A DNA stretch of 64,000 bases from positions 57,474,001-57,538,000 of the forward strand of contig OX597823.1 in assembly GCA_951406725.2 (NCBI GenBank), written 5' to 3'. The stretch comes from Octopus vulgaris (lineage: Eukaryota). The notes under the pieces are model-generated. The model worked only from the letters and a program-made list of their open reading frames with translations, did not search any database and had not been told where the DNA came from. Below, piece after piece: positions 39,735 to 56,168 of this stretch; within the stretch, counting starts at the first letter, position 1; every line of letters begins with the position of its first letter. The position numbers were made by a program, and so were the translations under genes.

Positions 39735-40615
39735 TTTCAGTGATGCGACTGCGGCCATCCTGGGGCACCGTTTTAAAGGGTTTCTGGTCGAACAAATCGA
39801 CCGCATGACTACTTTTTTTAAAGCCTAGTACATATTCTATCGTCTGCGTTTGCCGAACTGCTAAGTTATGTGGACGTAAACACATCTACACCAGTTGTCA
39901 AGCGATAGTGAGGAACAATCACAGACAGAAAGACACACGCGCACGCACCCACGCACACTCATACACACATAGAGACACACAGACACAAACACCCACGCAT
40001 ATACGACGGGCTTCTTTCAGTTTCCACCTACCAAATCCACTCACAAAGCTTGGGTCGGCCCGAGGCTAAAGTAGAAGTCACTTATCGAAAGGTGCCACAC
40101 AGTGGGTTTGAACCCGGAACCACGTGGTAGGGAATTGAGCCTCTTAGAACACGACCGTGCCTACGCGTAGTGCTACAGTTTACTGTTCTGTTAATAAATA
40201 TATATATATATATACTCTTTTACTCTTTTACTTGTTTCAGTCATTTGACTGCGGCCATGCTGGAGCACCGCCTTTAATCGAGCAACTCGAACCCGGGACT
40301 TATTCTTTTGTAAGCCCAGTACTTATTCTATCGGTCTCTTTTGCCGAACCGCTAGGTAACGGGGACATAAACACATCAGCATCGGTTGTCAAGCAATGCT
40401 AGGGGACAAACATATACACACAAACACACACACGCATATATATATATACATATATACGACGGGCTTCTTTCAGTTTCCATCTACCAAATCCACTCACAAG
40501 GCTTTGGTCGGCCCGAGGCTATAGTAGAAGACACTTGCCCAAGGTGCCACGCTGTGGGACTGAACCCGGAACCATGTGGTTGGTAGACAAGCTACTTACC
40601 ACACAGCCACTCCTG
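39735..40615 (-). mobile_element. Two family A SINEs
   Basis: Copies at 39735-40165 and 40215-40615, in the opposite orientation to 38573-39430. Confidence 0.92.
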
Positions 40616-41088
40616 CTGTATATATATATTGTTAGTGTTTATTGAGCGAAAACACCTAAAAAGCCCACGAGGCTCCGGCAGGGGATGATGGTGATCCCTG
40701 CTGTACTCTGTCACCACAACTTTCTCTCACTCTTACTTCCTGTTTCTGTTGTACCTGTATTTAAAGGGGCCGGCCTTGTCACTCTCTGTGTCACGCTGAA
40801 TATCCCCGTGTCTGTGGAGTGCTCAGCCACTTATACGTTAATTTCATGAGCAGGCTGTTCCGTTGATTCAGATCAACCGGAACCCTCATCGTCGTAACCG
40901 ACTGAGTGCTTCCATATTATTTGGACATTATTGGGACATTATTAGAACAGTCATTCCGTTTACCTTACCACCTGTGGCTGACTAGTTAGACAATCAATTA
41001 TATTTTCTCTGCCCCTCCATGCCTCTTCTTCCTTTCACTTTCTCGTTTCTCATCACGTGATTAAGGGCTTCTCTTGTGACAAGGTTGT

Positions 41089-41124
<36 letters not shown>

Positions 41125-41941
41125 AACATGTATGTGTATATATAGTGAGGTTGCATGGTCTTATCGTTAGTGTGTTGCAGTTAGGAACGCAAGATTGTTG
41201 TTTCGATACTCAAACCGGCTTTGCATTCTGTTTCTGAGCAAAACGCTTTATTAGTCATTGCTGAGACAGAGTGGTGTTCTGTTTAGAAGGAAGTTTGACC
41301 TGCCCACCTAACCAATAGAGTGGTATCATTCAAAAGCTACAACAACGCGAGAATGCGCTTTGTAACCCAAGCGCTTTTTCGTCCGAGTCGTAAGGTTGCG
41401 TTTTGGCTTCCCGGCGATGCATTGTGTCCTTGAGCAAGACACTACGTTCTGCATTGCTCTAGTCCACTCAGCTGCCTAATATGAATTACACCTGTATTTC
41501 TAAGTGTCACCCTTGTCACAACTTGAACTTGTACATCATTTCAATTCTACTGCGTGACACCTTGGGGCGAGTGTTTTCCACTATAGATGCGCGCCGACTG
41601 AAGACTTTGTGAGTGAATTTAGGAGAACTGAGAGTAAACTGTCGTCAATATGTATGTAATACACGCTCACACACACACAAACACATTTATATACACAGAA
41701 GCACACTCATACACACATTCATACACACACATATCTGTATGTATGTATATGTTTGTGTTTGATTCCCACCACTAATATTGACAACCGATGGCGGTTTGTT
41801 TACGCACCCATCAGCTGATTTGAAATGCCGATAAAACAAGTACTAGTTTAAAAAAAAATTACTGGATCCAATTCGTTCAAGTAAATCCCATCAAGTTGGT
41901 GCTACATCATGGCCGCATTTCAATAATAGAAACAAGTAAAA

Positions 41942-42018
<77 letters not shown>

Positions 42019-42844
42019 TAAAGTAGCTGTGTGGTAAGTAGCTTGCGTACGAAATACATAGTTCCCGCTGCATGGCACATTGGGCAAGTGTCTACAACTA
42101 TAGCCTCGGACCCACTAAAGCTTCATGAGTGGATTTGGTAGACGGAAACTGGAAGAAGCCTGTCGTATATATATATTATGTGCGTGTGTATATATGTGTA
42201 TGTGTTTGTGTGTCTGTGTTTGCCCCCCCCCCCCATCGCTTCACAACCGATGTTGGTGTGTTTACGAACGCGTAACTTATCGGTTCGGCAAAAGAGCCCG
42301 ATAGAATAAGTGCTAGGCTTACAAAGAATAAGTCCTGGAGTGCTCCAAAATGGCCGCAATCAAATGACTGAATCAACTAAAAGAATAAAAGAAAATTATA
42401 TATATATATATGAAAGAGAGGGGAAGAGAGGGAGAGCGAAAGAGAGAGATAATCTATGAAGGACTTTATCTAATGAGAAAATAAATTATACCAGCAACAT
42501 CTTGTGTTTTTAATTAATTGAAACCCTGTAGCTTGTGACTCCACTGACTTTTGCTATACAAATAACTTTCGCTAAACAAGTACAGCAAATGAAGAAGACA
42601 CACGTCGTCACCTTCCTATTAGAATTAGTAGTAAATTCTCCTTCAAAATTGCTCTGTAAAGTCTTATAAAATGTGAGCTGCATTGGGTAGTATAGTGTTA
42701 GATACATTTTGTATATCTTGGATGGTCACGGTTGGGACATCTTTTATTCTTTTACTTGTTTTAGTCATAGACTGCGGCTATGCTGAGGCACTGCCTTGAA
42801 GACTTTAGTCGAAGAAACCCACTCCAGTACTCATATTCTTTTCT

Positions 42845-43558
42845 ACTCTAGGCACAAGGCCCGAAATTTTTGAGGAATGGGATCGACACCAGTATGCAAC
42901 TGGTACTTAATTTATCGACTCCGAAAGGAAGAAAGACAAAGTCGACCTCGGCGGAATTTGAACTCAGAACGTAAAAACAGACGAAATGCCGCTAAGCATT
43001 TCGCCCGGCGTGCTGACTTTTTTTATTTCTTTATTGCTCACAAGGGGCTAAACATAGAGGAGACAAACAAGGACAGATAAAGGGATTAAGTCGATTACAT
43101 CGACCCCAGTGCGTAACTGGTACTTAATTTATCAACCCCGAAAGGATGGAAGGCAAAGTCAAGCTCAGCGGAATTTGAACTCAAAACGTAACGGCAGACA
43201 AAATACCTATTTCTTTACTACTAAGGGGCTAAACACTTTCGATCAAAGATGTGTGTGCATGTGTATGTGTGTATGTATGTATATTCGCTTGCAGACTTAC
43301 ACATATACACGCGACAGAGGATTTTGTATGTGTGTGTGCATGTGTGTGTGCATGTGTGTGTGCATGTGTGTGTGCTAACAAGGACAGACAAACGGATTAA
43401 GTCGATTATATCGCCCCCAGTGCGTAACTAGTACTTATTTAATCGACCCGAAGGCAAAGACGACCTTGGCGGGCTTTGAACTCTGAACGTAACTGCAGAC
43501 TAAATACCACTAAGCATTTCGCCCGGCGTGCTAACGTTTCTACCAGCTCGCCGCCTTA
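42845..43558 (-). mobile_element. Three stacked family D SINEs
   Basis: Repeated ACTGGTACTT..TTTATCGAC.CCGAAAGGA..AAAG.CAAAGTCGACC..GGCGGAATTTGAACTC. Confidence 0.85.
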
Positions 43559-45674
43559 CTCCAATACTCATATTGTTTAAAGCCTCGTACTTATACTATC
43601 AGTCTCTTTTTGATGAACCGCAAAGTATATACACATACAACGCACGCACACAATCACATACACACACACGCACACACACACATATACGACAAGCTTCTTT
43701 CAGTTTCCGTCTACCAAATCCACTCACGAGGTTTTGGTCGGACCAGAGCTATTGTAGGAGACACATGTCGAAAGGTACCACGCGATGGGACTGATACCAG
43801 ACCCATGTGCTTGCGAAGCAAACTTCTAACCACACAGCCATGCCTATGGCTATGTGATCCCTTCTGACCTAGGGCTAAACACAGTCAGCAGCAACAATAC
43901 TATGTGCCGCTTGATTGCTAGAGACAACAGCTAACATTTTTCATTGGCTTCAAATAAAGGGATACGTTTTTTTTTTGTATATATATATACGATATAGAAT
44001 GGAAAAGACGGTGTCTGTGACTTTATATCAAGGCCTCCGAGACGAACATGAAGGAGGGACGATAACACTATGAGTTCCGATAAAATTCCTCCCGACAAGG
44101 GTTAGCTGATGTTGCAAAACCGAGTGACAGAAAAAGTTTATGACTTCGAAAAGATGAAACTATCTTTCTGACGGCTCACGCACTAGTCTTTGGCGGTTGT
44201 GTAGATAGGTGAGGCCGATGATGGCTGCGCGCCGTGGGCGATGCTATTATGGAAGAGGTACTTTTGAGTCTGTTGCATAAGTTCGAATAGAGACCAGAGT
44301 ATGTGGGTGACAGACTCAGACTCTTGCTACCCGATTGTGGTCAGGTCGATATAAATCTACGATAGAAGATATTTGTCCAGGGCACCGTCCTTAGTGACAC
44401 ACACGGGCATTAGACAATATAGAACTGCTGGATATTCGTAAATGAAACTGGAGGTTCACAGCGGAAATCAGTATTGACATGAGATTAAATGATAACAATA
44501 ATAGCACATTACTTGTGTTTGTGGAGTGCAGTGGAATCGATGTGAAACTGCATGAATCGAACCCCAAACGCCCGATACTGAGTTTAATATATTGGCAGTG
44601 CACATTTTTTTAAAGAATATACTGCTCTCCAATCCAATAAACAACCTCAAAATACATACATTTAAACATACGTACACATACACACGCATATACAGTTTCT
44701 TTTCTGGAATGGTGAATCTTGAAGCAGATTAAGCTATAAGTATTAGTCTGTGAATGTTGAGTTTATAAAAATCCCTTTAAATAGAGAGAGTCGAAAGCTG
44801 CCACTGTGACTCGAACCTTCGTCTCCTGTATAGTACCAATTTGCTTTCGATCAAAGATGTGTGTGCATGTGTATGTGTGTATGTATGTGCGCGTATATAT
44901 GTATATTCGCTTGCAGACTTACACATATACAAGCGACAGAGGATTCTGTATGCGTGTGTGTGTGCATGTGTGTGTGTCTGCGTGTGTGTGTGAGAGAGAG
45001 AGAGAGAGAGCAAAGATGACTAGAATAAATGAGTGAGTGAATCTGTTAAGTAAACTGCTATAGTTAATGACAACTAAACAACATTTACACAGACCTACAA
45101 TAGTTGTTGAACTGTTATTGTACTGTGTCTGTGTGTTCGTACCTGATATAACACTGCTTCACATTCAGCGAACGTGTGCAGTACTATATACTGTATCATA
45201 TAATACCATGTAAAGTGGACGTAGGTATGGTCAGATGGTGGCGAAGTACGCTTCGCAATAATGTGGTCTTAGTTTCGATCCCACCGCTTGGCATCATCGG
45301 GCATTTTAACCGACGAACTGGCTCAATCGTTAAGAGAACCGTTTGTAATGCTTCGCGATTTCAATTCCGTCTTGCTTCTAATGTGTTCTGAGTTCAAATC
45401 TCGCTCTGGTCAACTCGTACTTCCTTTGTTCCAAGGCCGCTGCATATATTTCTCAAATAGTGTTGAGGGCTCGTAGTATCGGGAGAATGTCAGGTACGGT
45501 AATATTTTTGCAGTATTTATTTTCGTCGTTTGGAATCAGAGTTAAGGATCTCTAAAAGATCAACTTTGCCTTCCATTCATATAGGATCGGATCGAGAAAT
45601 CTCCAGTTTCGAGTGCTGATCGGCATAGACACTAATTTGAGCAAAGTTTCTGTTCATATTCAGTCAATATCATA

Positions 45675-48399
<2,725 letters not shown>

Positions 48400-49135
48400 A
48401 GAAAGAGAAGGAGATATTTAAACAGGTAGGGAGAGAGACAGAGTGGAACGTCAAAATACTGCATGGCTAGTGATTTTTACGAAGAGAGGGAAAAACTTAT
48501 GAATTGCAAAATAATTTAACCGGTTCTATAGATGGCAACCTCATAATCTGGCACCAAATCACTGCTGGAACCTTCTGAGACTTAACAACAATTAAACAAA
48601 GGTCTGCTGGAGGAATTAACAGGTATAACTTGCCAAGATTGTGGCAAAATCGCCTACAATAATCCTGTGTTCTTTGACTTGCCATGTTTAAGAATTACAG
48701 TGTATCGCTGGAAATCCCTGATATTTAAGTTATATATTCTACTAGATGCTGAGTTTCTTCGATGTTGGTGTGTTTACGTCCCCGTAACTTAGTGGTTCGG
48801 CAAAACTAGACTTAAAGAAAAGAATAATAAGGCCTAGTGTCGATTTTTTCGATTAAAGGTGGTGCTCCAGCAAGGCTGCAGTCAAATGACTGAACCATGA
48901 CTGAAGAATGTATATATTTATATATACATATAGGTGTGTGTGCGCGCGCGCGTATGACTGCGTGGTAAGAGGTTTCCTTCCCAGCTTCAACAAGCGGTGT
49001 TTGTTTGTTTACGACCCCGTAAGTCAATGTTTCAGCAAAACAAACCGATTAGAAATGTACCAGACTTAACAAAAACAGAAAAAAATATCTACTGGGGTCG
49101 ATTTGAACCGTTTTGGTACCAGCTCTCACAATATA

Positions 49136-49676
49136 CAATCGTAGCCAAAAGTTTGGAACAATTTTTTTAAAATTAAATTTGTCATGCCCAAGTACAATTC
49201 GATTCTAATATAACTTTGGGCAGTTAATATATCTTTATATATAAAAGTAAGGTTGTTTGCTGTCTGTCTCCTACGATTTAGATTCCTAACTACTCCCACA
49301 TTTTGCGGTGCAGTTTAACCAAAACCGGGTATCTTATATTCGTGATTCATATCGAGCTCTTCTGGGTATTAGCGCGCGTCTACGATGAGTCTACAATTTA
49401 AAAAAATATTTACCATCAATTTTTCCCATTTTTAATGCATTTTTGGCATATATAAGGGAAGTAACTCTCTAAAAATGTATCATTAAATCTCAGAACGTAA
49501 AAAGCTACAGTAACACCCCCCCCCTTTGTGGTTAGCCATATTGAGATGGCTATTGTACTTTACATCTCTGAAAATGCTTATATAGTTATTTCCCTTACAA
49601 ACCCGAGCAACGCCGGGCGATACTGCTAGTAAATTCTAATCTTCAGACATATGTTCCAAACTTTTGCCCAACGCTG
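49136..49676. mobile_element. Tc1/mariner-type MITE hosting a Helitron
   Basis: TA|CAATCGTAGCCAAAAGTTTGGAACA ... TGTTCCAAACTTTTGCCCAACGCTG|TA. Confidence 0.75.
49232..49629 (+). mobile_element. Non-autonomous Helitron (same family as 33412-33801)
   Basis: A|TC start, CCCGAGCAACGCCGGG hairpin, CTAG|T end. Confidence 0.85.
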
Positions 49677-50067
49677 TAGAACATAAACAGTAAGGTGAAG
49701 TTCTGAGGTCCGAAGAGAACACTGAACGAAACGCATGGGGCATGGGAACGAAGAACTTGAGACCAACTTTCGGTTAGTTTCTCCAAACGTAAGCTTTTGT
49801 ACTGAAATACATTTATCTTTTACCATTTACTTGTTTCAGTTATTGGACTGTGGCCATGCTGGGGCACCGCCTTGAAGGATTTAGTCGGACAAATCGACTC
49901 CGCTTCTTATTTATGTTTTGGTTTTAAACCTAGCACTTATTCTATCGATCTCTTTTGCCGAATCGCTATGTTGCGGGTACATAAACAAACCAATACCAGC
50001 TGTCAAGGAAGGTGAGGGGACAAGCAAAAATACAGAGATATACACACGCACACATACACAGACATAT

Positions 50068-50624
50068 AGGAAGTAAATAGATATCTTTAATTTTCAAAAT
50101 TTCTGATCTAAGCGTCTTGATATGTTTTCAGCGGAGTAGAATTTACAATGTAATTATTCTTTTTCATTCCAGGTACCATTAAATTAAACATTTGCAAAGA
50201 GTAACCCTGCCACGCACAAAAAAAATCAGCAGAACTGTCAGATTTTCAAAGAGGTCGAATTCTTGGGCAATCTGAGGCTGGTCTTAGCCAACGAAATATT
50301 GCCGAAAATCTACAAATTCCTCTTGCTACTGTTAATAGAATCTTAGTGCAGTTCAAAAGCCAAGGAGAAGAATCAACAGATTCTCATCCCGGCCGACCTG
50401 GGCCCTCGGAAAGGAAGTTTCGCTGTTTGAAGAGAATTGTAGAAAACGAACCCCGTTCGAAGGTTTCTGATAGTGCAAAAGAGCTAGAAGTTAGTCCAAG
50501 ATCGTGTGTTACATATCTGCATAAGCTTGGGTATTATGGACGAGCAGCTGGAAGAAAACCTCTCCCTCAACCAATTAATATCGAATAAAAGATTTTGAAA
50601 ATTAAAGGTGTCTATTTACTTCCT
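50068..50624 (+). mobile_element. Tc1-like element retaining only the N-terminal DNA-binding domain
   Basis: 50226-50588 translates [67 protein letters not shown] (bipartite HTH with a GRPR-like linker). Inverted ends AGGAAGTAAATAGA.A.CTTTAATTTTCAAAAT. Confidence 0.8.
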
Positions 50625-53600
50625 GCTTATCTGTGTATACTCAACCAGTTTCCACACAATTTCCGACTCCCAAATTCGCTCACTAAATATTAATCGGCTT
50701 GGGATTAACGCAGAAGACACTTTCGCAAGGTGCTGCAAAAAATGACTGAACTTGGACCGACGTGGTTGTAAAACTAACTTCTTAAACATATAACCATGCC
50801 TACCCTCTTAAACATATAACCATGCCTACCCTCTTCTGTTTGTCTTTTTAAAATTATTCCTTAAAAATGTGTACCTTTCGACTTGATAATACAGCAAAGT
50901 TTTCTGGAAAAATATTAGCTATGCACTTTGCGGAAAAGAAAATGGCTCAAATATGGTTCAAAATTACAAGCCTTTTGAACAAATAAGCCTTCAGAATGAA
51001 CATGTAAAATAACATGTGGTAATAGAGTCTATGAAATCTCTGCGTCATGGAGTCATCAGTTAATATTGATTCCAAATCTTGGCACAAGGCCAGCAATCTG
51101 TGAGGAGCGCGTAAGTCGATTACATCGCCCCCAGTGTTCAACTGGAACTTATTTAATCGACCCAGGAAAGATAGAAGGCAAAGTCATCCTCAGTGGAATT
51201 TGAACTCAGAACGTAAAAACGGGCGAAATGCCGGAATTGTATTAAAAAATTAGGAATTTTATCAAAAGATTAATTAACGTATTTTGTGTGTTCTTTTATT
51301 CCTTTATCTGTTTCAGTCAGTAGACTGCGCCCATACTGGAACACCGCTTTGAAGAACTATTAGAACTATTAGTCGAATGAATCGATCCCATAACTTGTTT
51401 TTTTTTTTATGACAGGCACTTATTCTATCTTTTTAATGAATCGCTAAGTGAAGAGGTCGTAAACAAATCCACTCCGGTTGTCAAGCGGCGGCGGGGGACA
51501 AACACGGTTACAAGCACACACAAGCACACAAATACGCACGCTGGTGCATACTCACACACAGATATATACGACGGGCTTCTTTCAGCTTTCGTCTACCAAA
51601 TTAACTCACAAGGATTTGGTCGGCCCGAGGTTATAGTAGAAGACACTTGCCCAAGACCCCACGCAATGGGGGGACTGAATCTGGAACCATGTGGTTTGGG
51701 AAACAAACTTCTAATCACATGGCCATGCCTGCGCCTCTGTTGTAAAAGTATAAGCTATTTATTGTACATAAATTTTAAGAGCAGTCTTTTATGAACAATC
51801 AAGGGTATTATGGACCGCGCTTGAGAACCACAGTTCTGGCAGATCGAGTGACTACACAGGGACGTTTTCTCTAGATTGAATGTGTTGTGGTAAATCCTGA
51901 TATCAGAGTTGATCTTCTTTGAGCTAATGACGAACATCAAAGAGGACAAAGGAAGAGAAACAATAATTATATTTATGGCTTAATCAAAGGAATAATGACA
52001 GCACCGTAATCTTTTCCTAGGGCTTCCTAGATTAGTGGAAGAAACTGGAGACTTGGTCTACATGTTGGTAACAAAGTGGCTTTTAGTAAGATAATATAGT
52101 AGTCAGACAATGGTGTTAAACTGGGAATAGATTAATTTTAAAACTCGGGAAAGATACATTCTATTGCACGCTTTCCCAAAGTTTCTGTCAATCTATTTTC
52201 ATGCAGAAAGCCTACGTATATAAAAAACTTGCTTAAGATTCCGCGCAGTGAAATTTAAAGGGCCGGTTTAAAAAACTCAGAATCTAAATTGCTAAAGCGT
52301 GTTATCTGACGCTCTTATAATGCCACCAATTCACCGTTATGGATTAGTACTTACTTTTATCGACTGGAAAGGATGAAAAGTAAATATGATCTTGTAAAAA
52401 TTTGAACTCAGAATGCCGGAACAAATCCTGCAAAGCCTCAGTGAGTCTTATGTTCAAACGCTCTTGACAATTCACCGCCTGAAGTTATATTACAAATAGG
52501 GTGCGCGGATGCTTTCCTACGAAACCGAACGCTTGGAGAAATTGGCAAGTGCTGGTATGTAATTACTGAACGACGACAGCTCGCTGAATAAAGTATTTAT
52601 TCCAATGAAAGCACCTGCACGGGGCACCTGCAGTGGCCAATCGCAGTAATTATTTACAATTGATCTAAATTAATCTCAACTACACGAGAACTACATTTAG
52701 ACTCAAAGTTTCATTTTGATATTTATCTCTATTTGATAGAAATTATCTCTCATGGATTTTCTCGCAGTTCTGAATCAAAAAGCTGTACTGGTAACTTTAC
52801 CAGCGCTAAATATATGAAGACATTGAATAATGTGGACCAATGTCTAAATAAGCCACATGGTCACAGCTGGAACGTCTTTGTTCACAAGCTTCAGTAGCCC
52901 TTACATCAATGAAGACTTAGTTTTTATAATTTAGTAGAATAGAAAAACCCACATGATATGCCAACCAGGATTCTTAGCAATCTAAATCAGAGTAGGAACC
53001 ATTCTTTCGTTCAACCCTATCCTGACAATACTTCGAATGAAATATATTGTTCTTTGAATTTTGATTAATTTTAGAAAGAGAAAGCTATGTTTGTGGATTT
53101 GGTAAAAAAATAACTTTGTTATTAATAATTCTGTAGTTGGAAAATAGCTTAATCCCACAAAAACCAAAAAAAAAAAAAAAAAAAAAATGAAAAACTTGGA
53201 ATTATGACGAAACTGTCAGTTATAAATGAACGCTTCAACACACTGGGTTCTGTTTCATAGAAACAAGAGCATCTTCAGGTAAGTTCGTATCAAATGGATC
53301 GAACAACTAGAAGCATGGCCAGTTTGTGGTTGTGAAATATAAATCAAGTCTTTTCAGAGCAAGCTTCAAATATATAATGGATATTCATATAGTGGCCTAG
53401 TCTTGCTTTTTCACATGTCTATTTTTCGAGTCAGGTGATGCGCTGAAGATAACAGCCAAATCTTTTTTAAATCATAATCAACTATCTTAAATAAAGTTGG
53501 GTATGCTGGATAAAGTAGTGGTATATAGAGAGTGTTAGAATATAAAAGGGATGATCATTGCTAGAGTTCCTTCTCCAACGGGACCACACCGCTTAGGCAT

Positions 53601-54339
53601 AAACAACGAAGACAACGACAACAGCAAAAGCAGCAGCAACAGGATCGGCCACACCGCTATAACAACAACAGCCATTTTTATGGACAGGGACTAGTTGTAG
53701 CTGTCAGCTACTTGACTCCATTTTAGTAAACAAAACCCATTCTTACCTAACCAGCTCTATACACTACCTACGTCTGTTCGTAGCTGTTATTATGAAAGCC
53801 TTCAGAGCGGATATATATACATCCACTGATCGTTACTCCTTGCTATGCTACTCTGATTGAGACAATCCTAACTTGATTGTATAACAATACACTGATCTGT
53901 TGGTACTCTATTCCTAGCTACTGTAATGACAGCGAAGGAATGTGGTGTAGTTCACTTTAATACCTAGGATCTTGGGAGTTATAAACAACGATAAAAAATA
54001 CCTAGATGAATAGAAATATCAGATTTCAACAGCTGCCGTATACCATCTCAGCCGTAAGAACTATCTGCTGGAAGTTGGTTTTCGTCGTAATCCTAAAAAC
54101 AAAGGTTAGAGAATTTTCCAAGCACTTCCTCATACCCAAAATTGTACTCTCGGGACGGAATAGGTAACTGCCATCCATGTTGACTGCATACATGAATGTG
54201 CAGTTGAAACAGATTGCCTTAAGGAGGTGCTTCCGCTGAATTCACAGAGAACAAAGAACCTAGACTAGTATTCCGACAACACAGTCACGAAAACAAGCTC
54301 TGGAGAAAAACTCAGAGTGGAAACTTTCATGGACCTCCC

Positions 54340-54391
<52 letters not shown>

Positions 54392-54556
54392 TACATATAT
54401 ACACACATATATATATATATGTATATATATGTAAATACATACAAATACACACACACAAACTTATATACATATATATATATATATATAAATATATATATAT
54501 ATATGTATGTATATATATGTGTGTACATATATGTATATATGTGTATCTTTCTCTCT

Positions 54557-54609
<53 letters not shown>

Positions 54610-55218
54610 TGTGTGTGTGTGTTCATACATAGCTGTATGCATACACAATACATAAATAAATACATGTGACGCCTACCACAGCTGATTTCCTATAGAATAA
54701 AATCACGTGGCATGGGACTTACAGCAATTGTCACCTGCTACGATATATATGTGTGATTCTATGCGCCAAGCGCCGATACGAGAGGATCTCTTAAGAGTAA
54801 TAACGAAGTAATCCGTTCTTCTAAAAGCACGTCCATGTTAATTTGGATATATAGATTACCTTTTTGTATACTGCTACCGTTGCTAATAATTAATTTTAGA
54901 TAATCCTGCTGGCTATTTGCGACATCAGTGTGTGAAAGGATGTTGATATTCTATACATCGTAGCAGTGAGGTTTGACTGACATGCCTACCACTGATGATT
55001 TCCAGTAGAATGAAATCACGGGATATGGGAGTTGCGGCACCCATAACTCGTCATTCTCGACTACTGCAGTCTATATGGGTGCTTTTATGTACCAAGCTTC
55101 TACATGAGGGGAACTCTCAATCATAATAATGCAGTAATGGGAGATCTAACAAAGAATCTATGTTACGTTGGATGTAAAGATTACATTTTGATATTAATAC
55201 TATTTCCATTGATGATGA

Positions 55219-55219
<1 letters not shown>

Positions 55220-55255
<36 letters not shown>

Positions 55256-55280
55256 ATTATTATTATTATTATTATTAATA

Positions 55281-55345
<65 letters not shown>

Positions 55346-55367
55346 CATCATCATTATTATTATTATT
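55220..55367. repeat. (ATT)n microsatellite
   Basis: Directly visible. Confidence 0.97.
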
Positions 55368-55930
55368 CCTGGCAGAATTTTCTCTCGTCTGAGAAAAACC
55401 GAAGCATGTTCGGTTGGAGCGGATACTCGAGTTAGTTCAAAAGCTTCGTAGCGCGTCTTTCCCCTTGTCCTTGATAGTTTGGTATAAAAATTGGCTTCCT
55501 TATCTTCTTGTATGAGGAATATCGAATGTCTTCAAACACTACCTGCATAATAAGAAACTCAGACACTCTCATGGCCCTGGCGATGGACCTGATTGTCTTG
55601 GAGGGATTGTTGTCAATCATGGCCTGGTTCCCATCAACAAATTCACGAATTCTTTTCTTATAAGAACCATTAGAGTGAGTTTTCCGAATTGCGTTACATT
55701 CGTAATCACTATTAGACTCATCCAAAGCTTTCCGAATCCCTTGGACAGTCCTCAGATTGACACCCATAAACACTGAGATATTCGTATTGGAGATCCCGGC
55801 GCGAATGTCAAGCACTACAGCGTGTCGTTTCCAAATTTTTGGCAGAGTTACTTACATCATGGTAGTGTTTTTTTTTTACAGACAGTGCCCAACTGAACCC
55901 ACTATACTATGTAGTTGACAAAATCAAAAA
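55368..55930 (-). pseudogene. Tc1/mariner-superfamily transposase 5' half (maT/DD37D-like, subgroup uncertain)
   Basis: WKRHAVVLDIRAG..NLRTVQGIRK..MIDNNPSKTIRSIARAMRVSEFLI.QVVFEDIRYSSYK, then frameshifted PNMLRFFSDE (first catalytic Asp). Confidence 0.8.
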
Positions 55931-56060
55931 ACAATCAGTGCGCATGCGTGAAATTAAAGATATAGAGTGACGGCAATTTACTCATCGCATTCAGCATACA
56001 TGCATACATACATACATACATACATACATACATACATACATAAACACATACATACATACA

Positions 56061-56094
<34 letters not shown>

Positions 56095-56137
56095 ATATAT
56101 ATATATGTATATACACATATATACACGGAAAATGGGC

Positions 56138-56168
<31 letters not shown>

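Noticed and set aside
44030-44410. GC-richer segment with ESVTHILWS on the minus strand, like an L1/Tx1 zinc-knuckle remnant
   Set aside because: Too degenerate to assign without a search.
50781-50835. 26-bp direct repeat (CTTAAACATATAACCATGCCTACCCT) as a CRISPR-like repeat
   Set aside because: Two adjacent copies with no spacer, at a SINE end in eukaryotic DNA. This is a simple slippage duplication.
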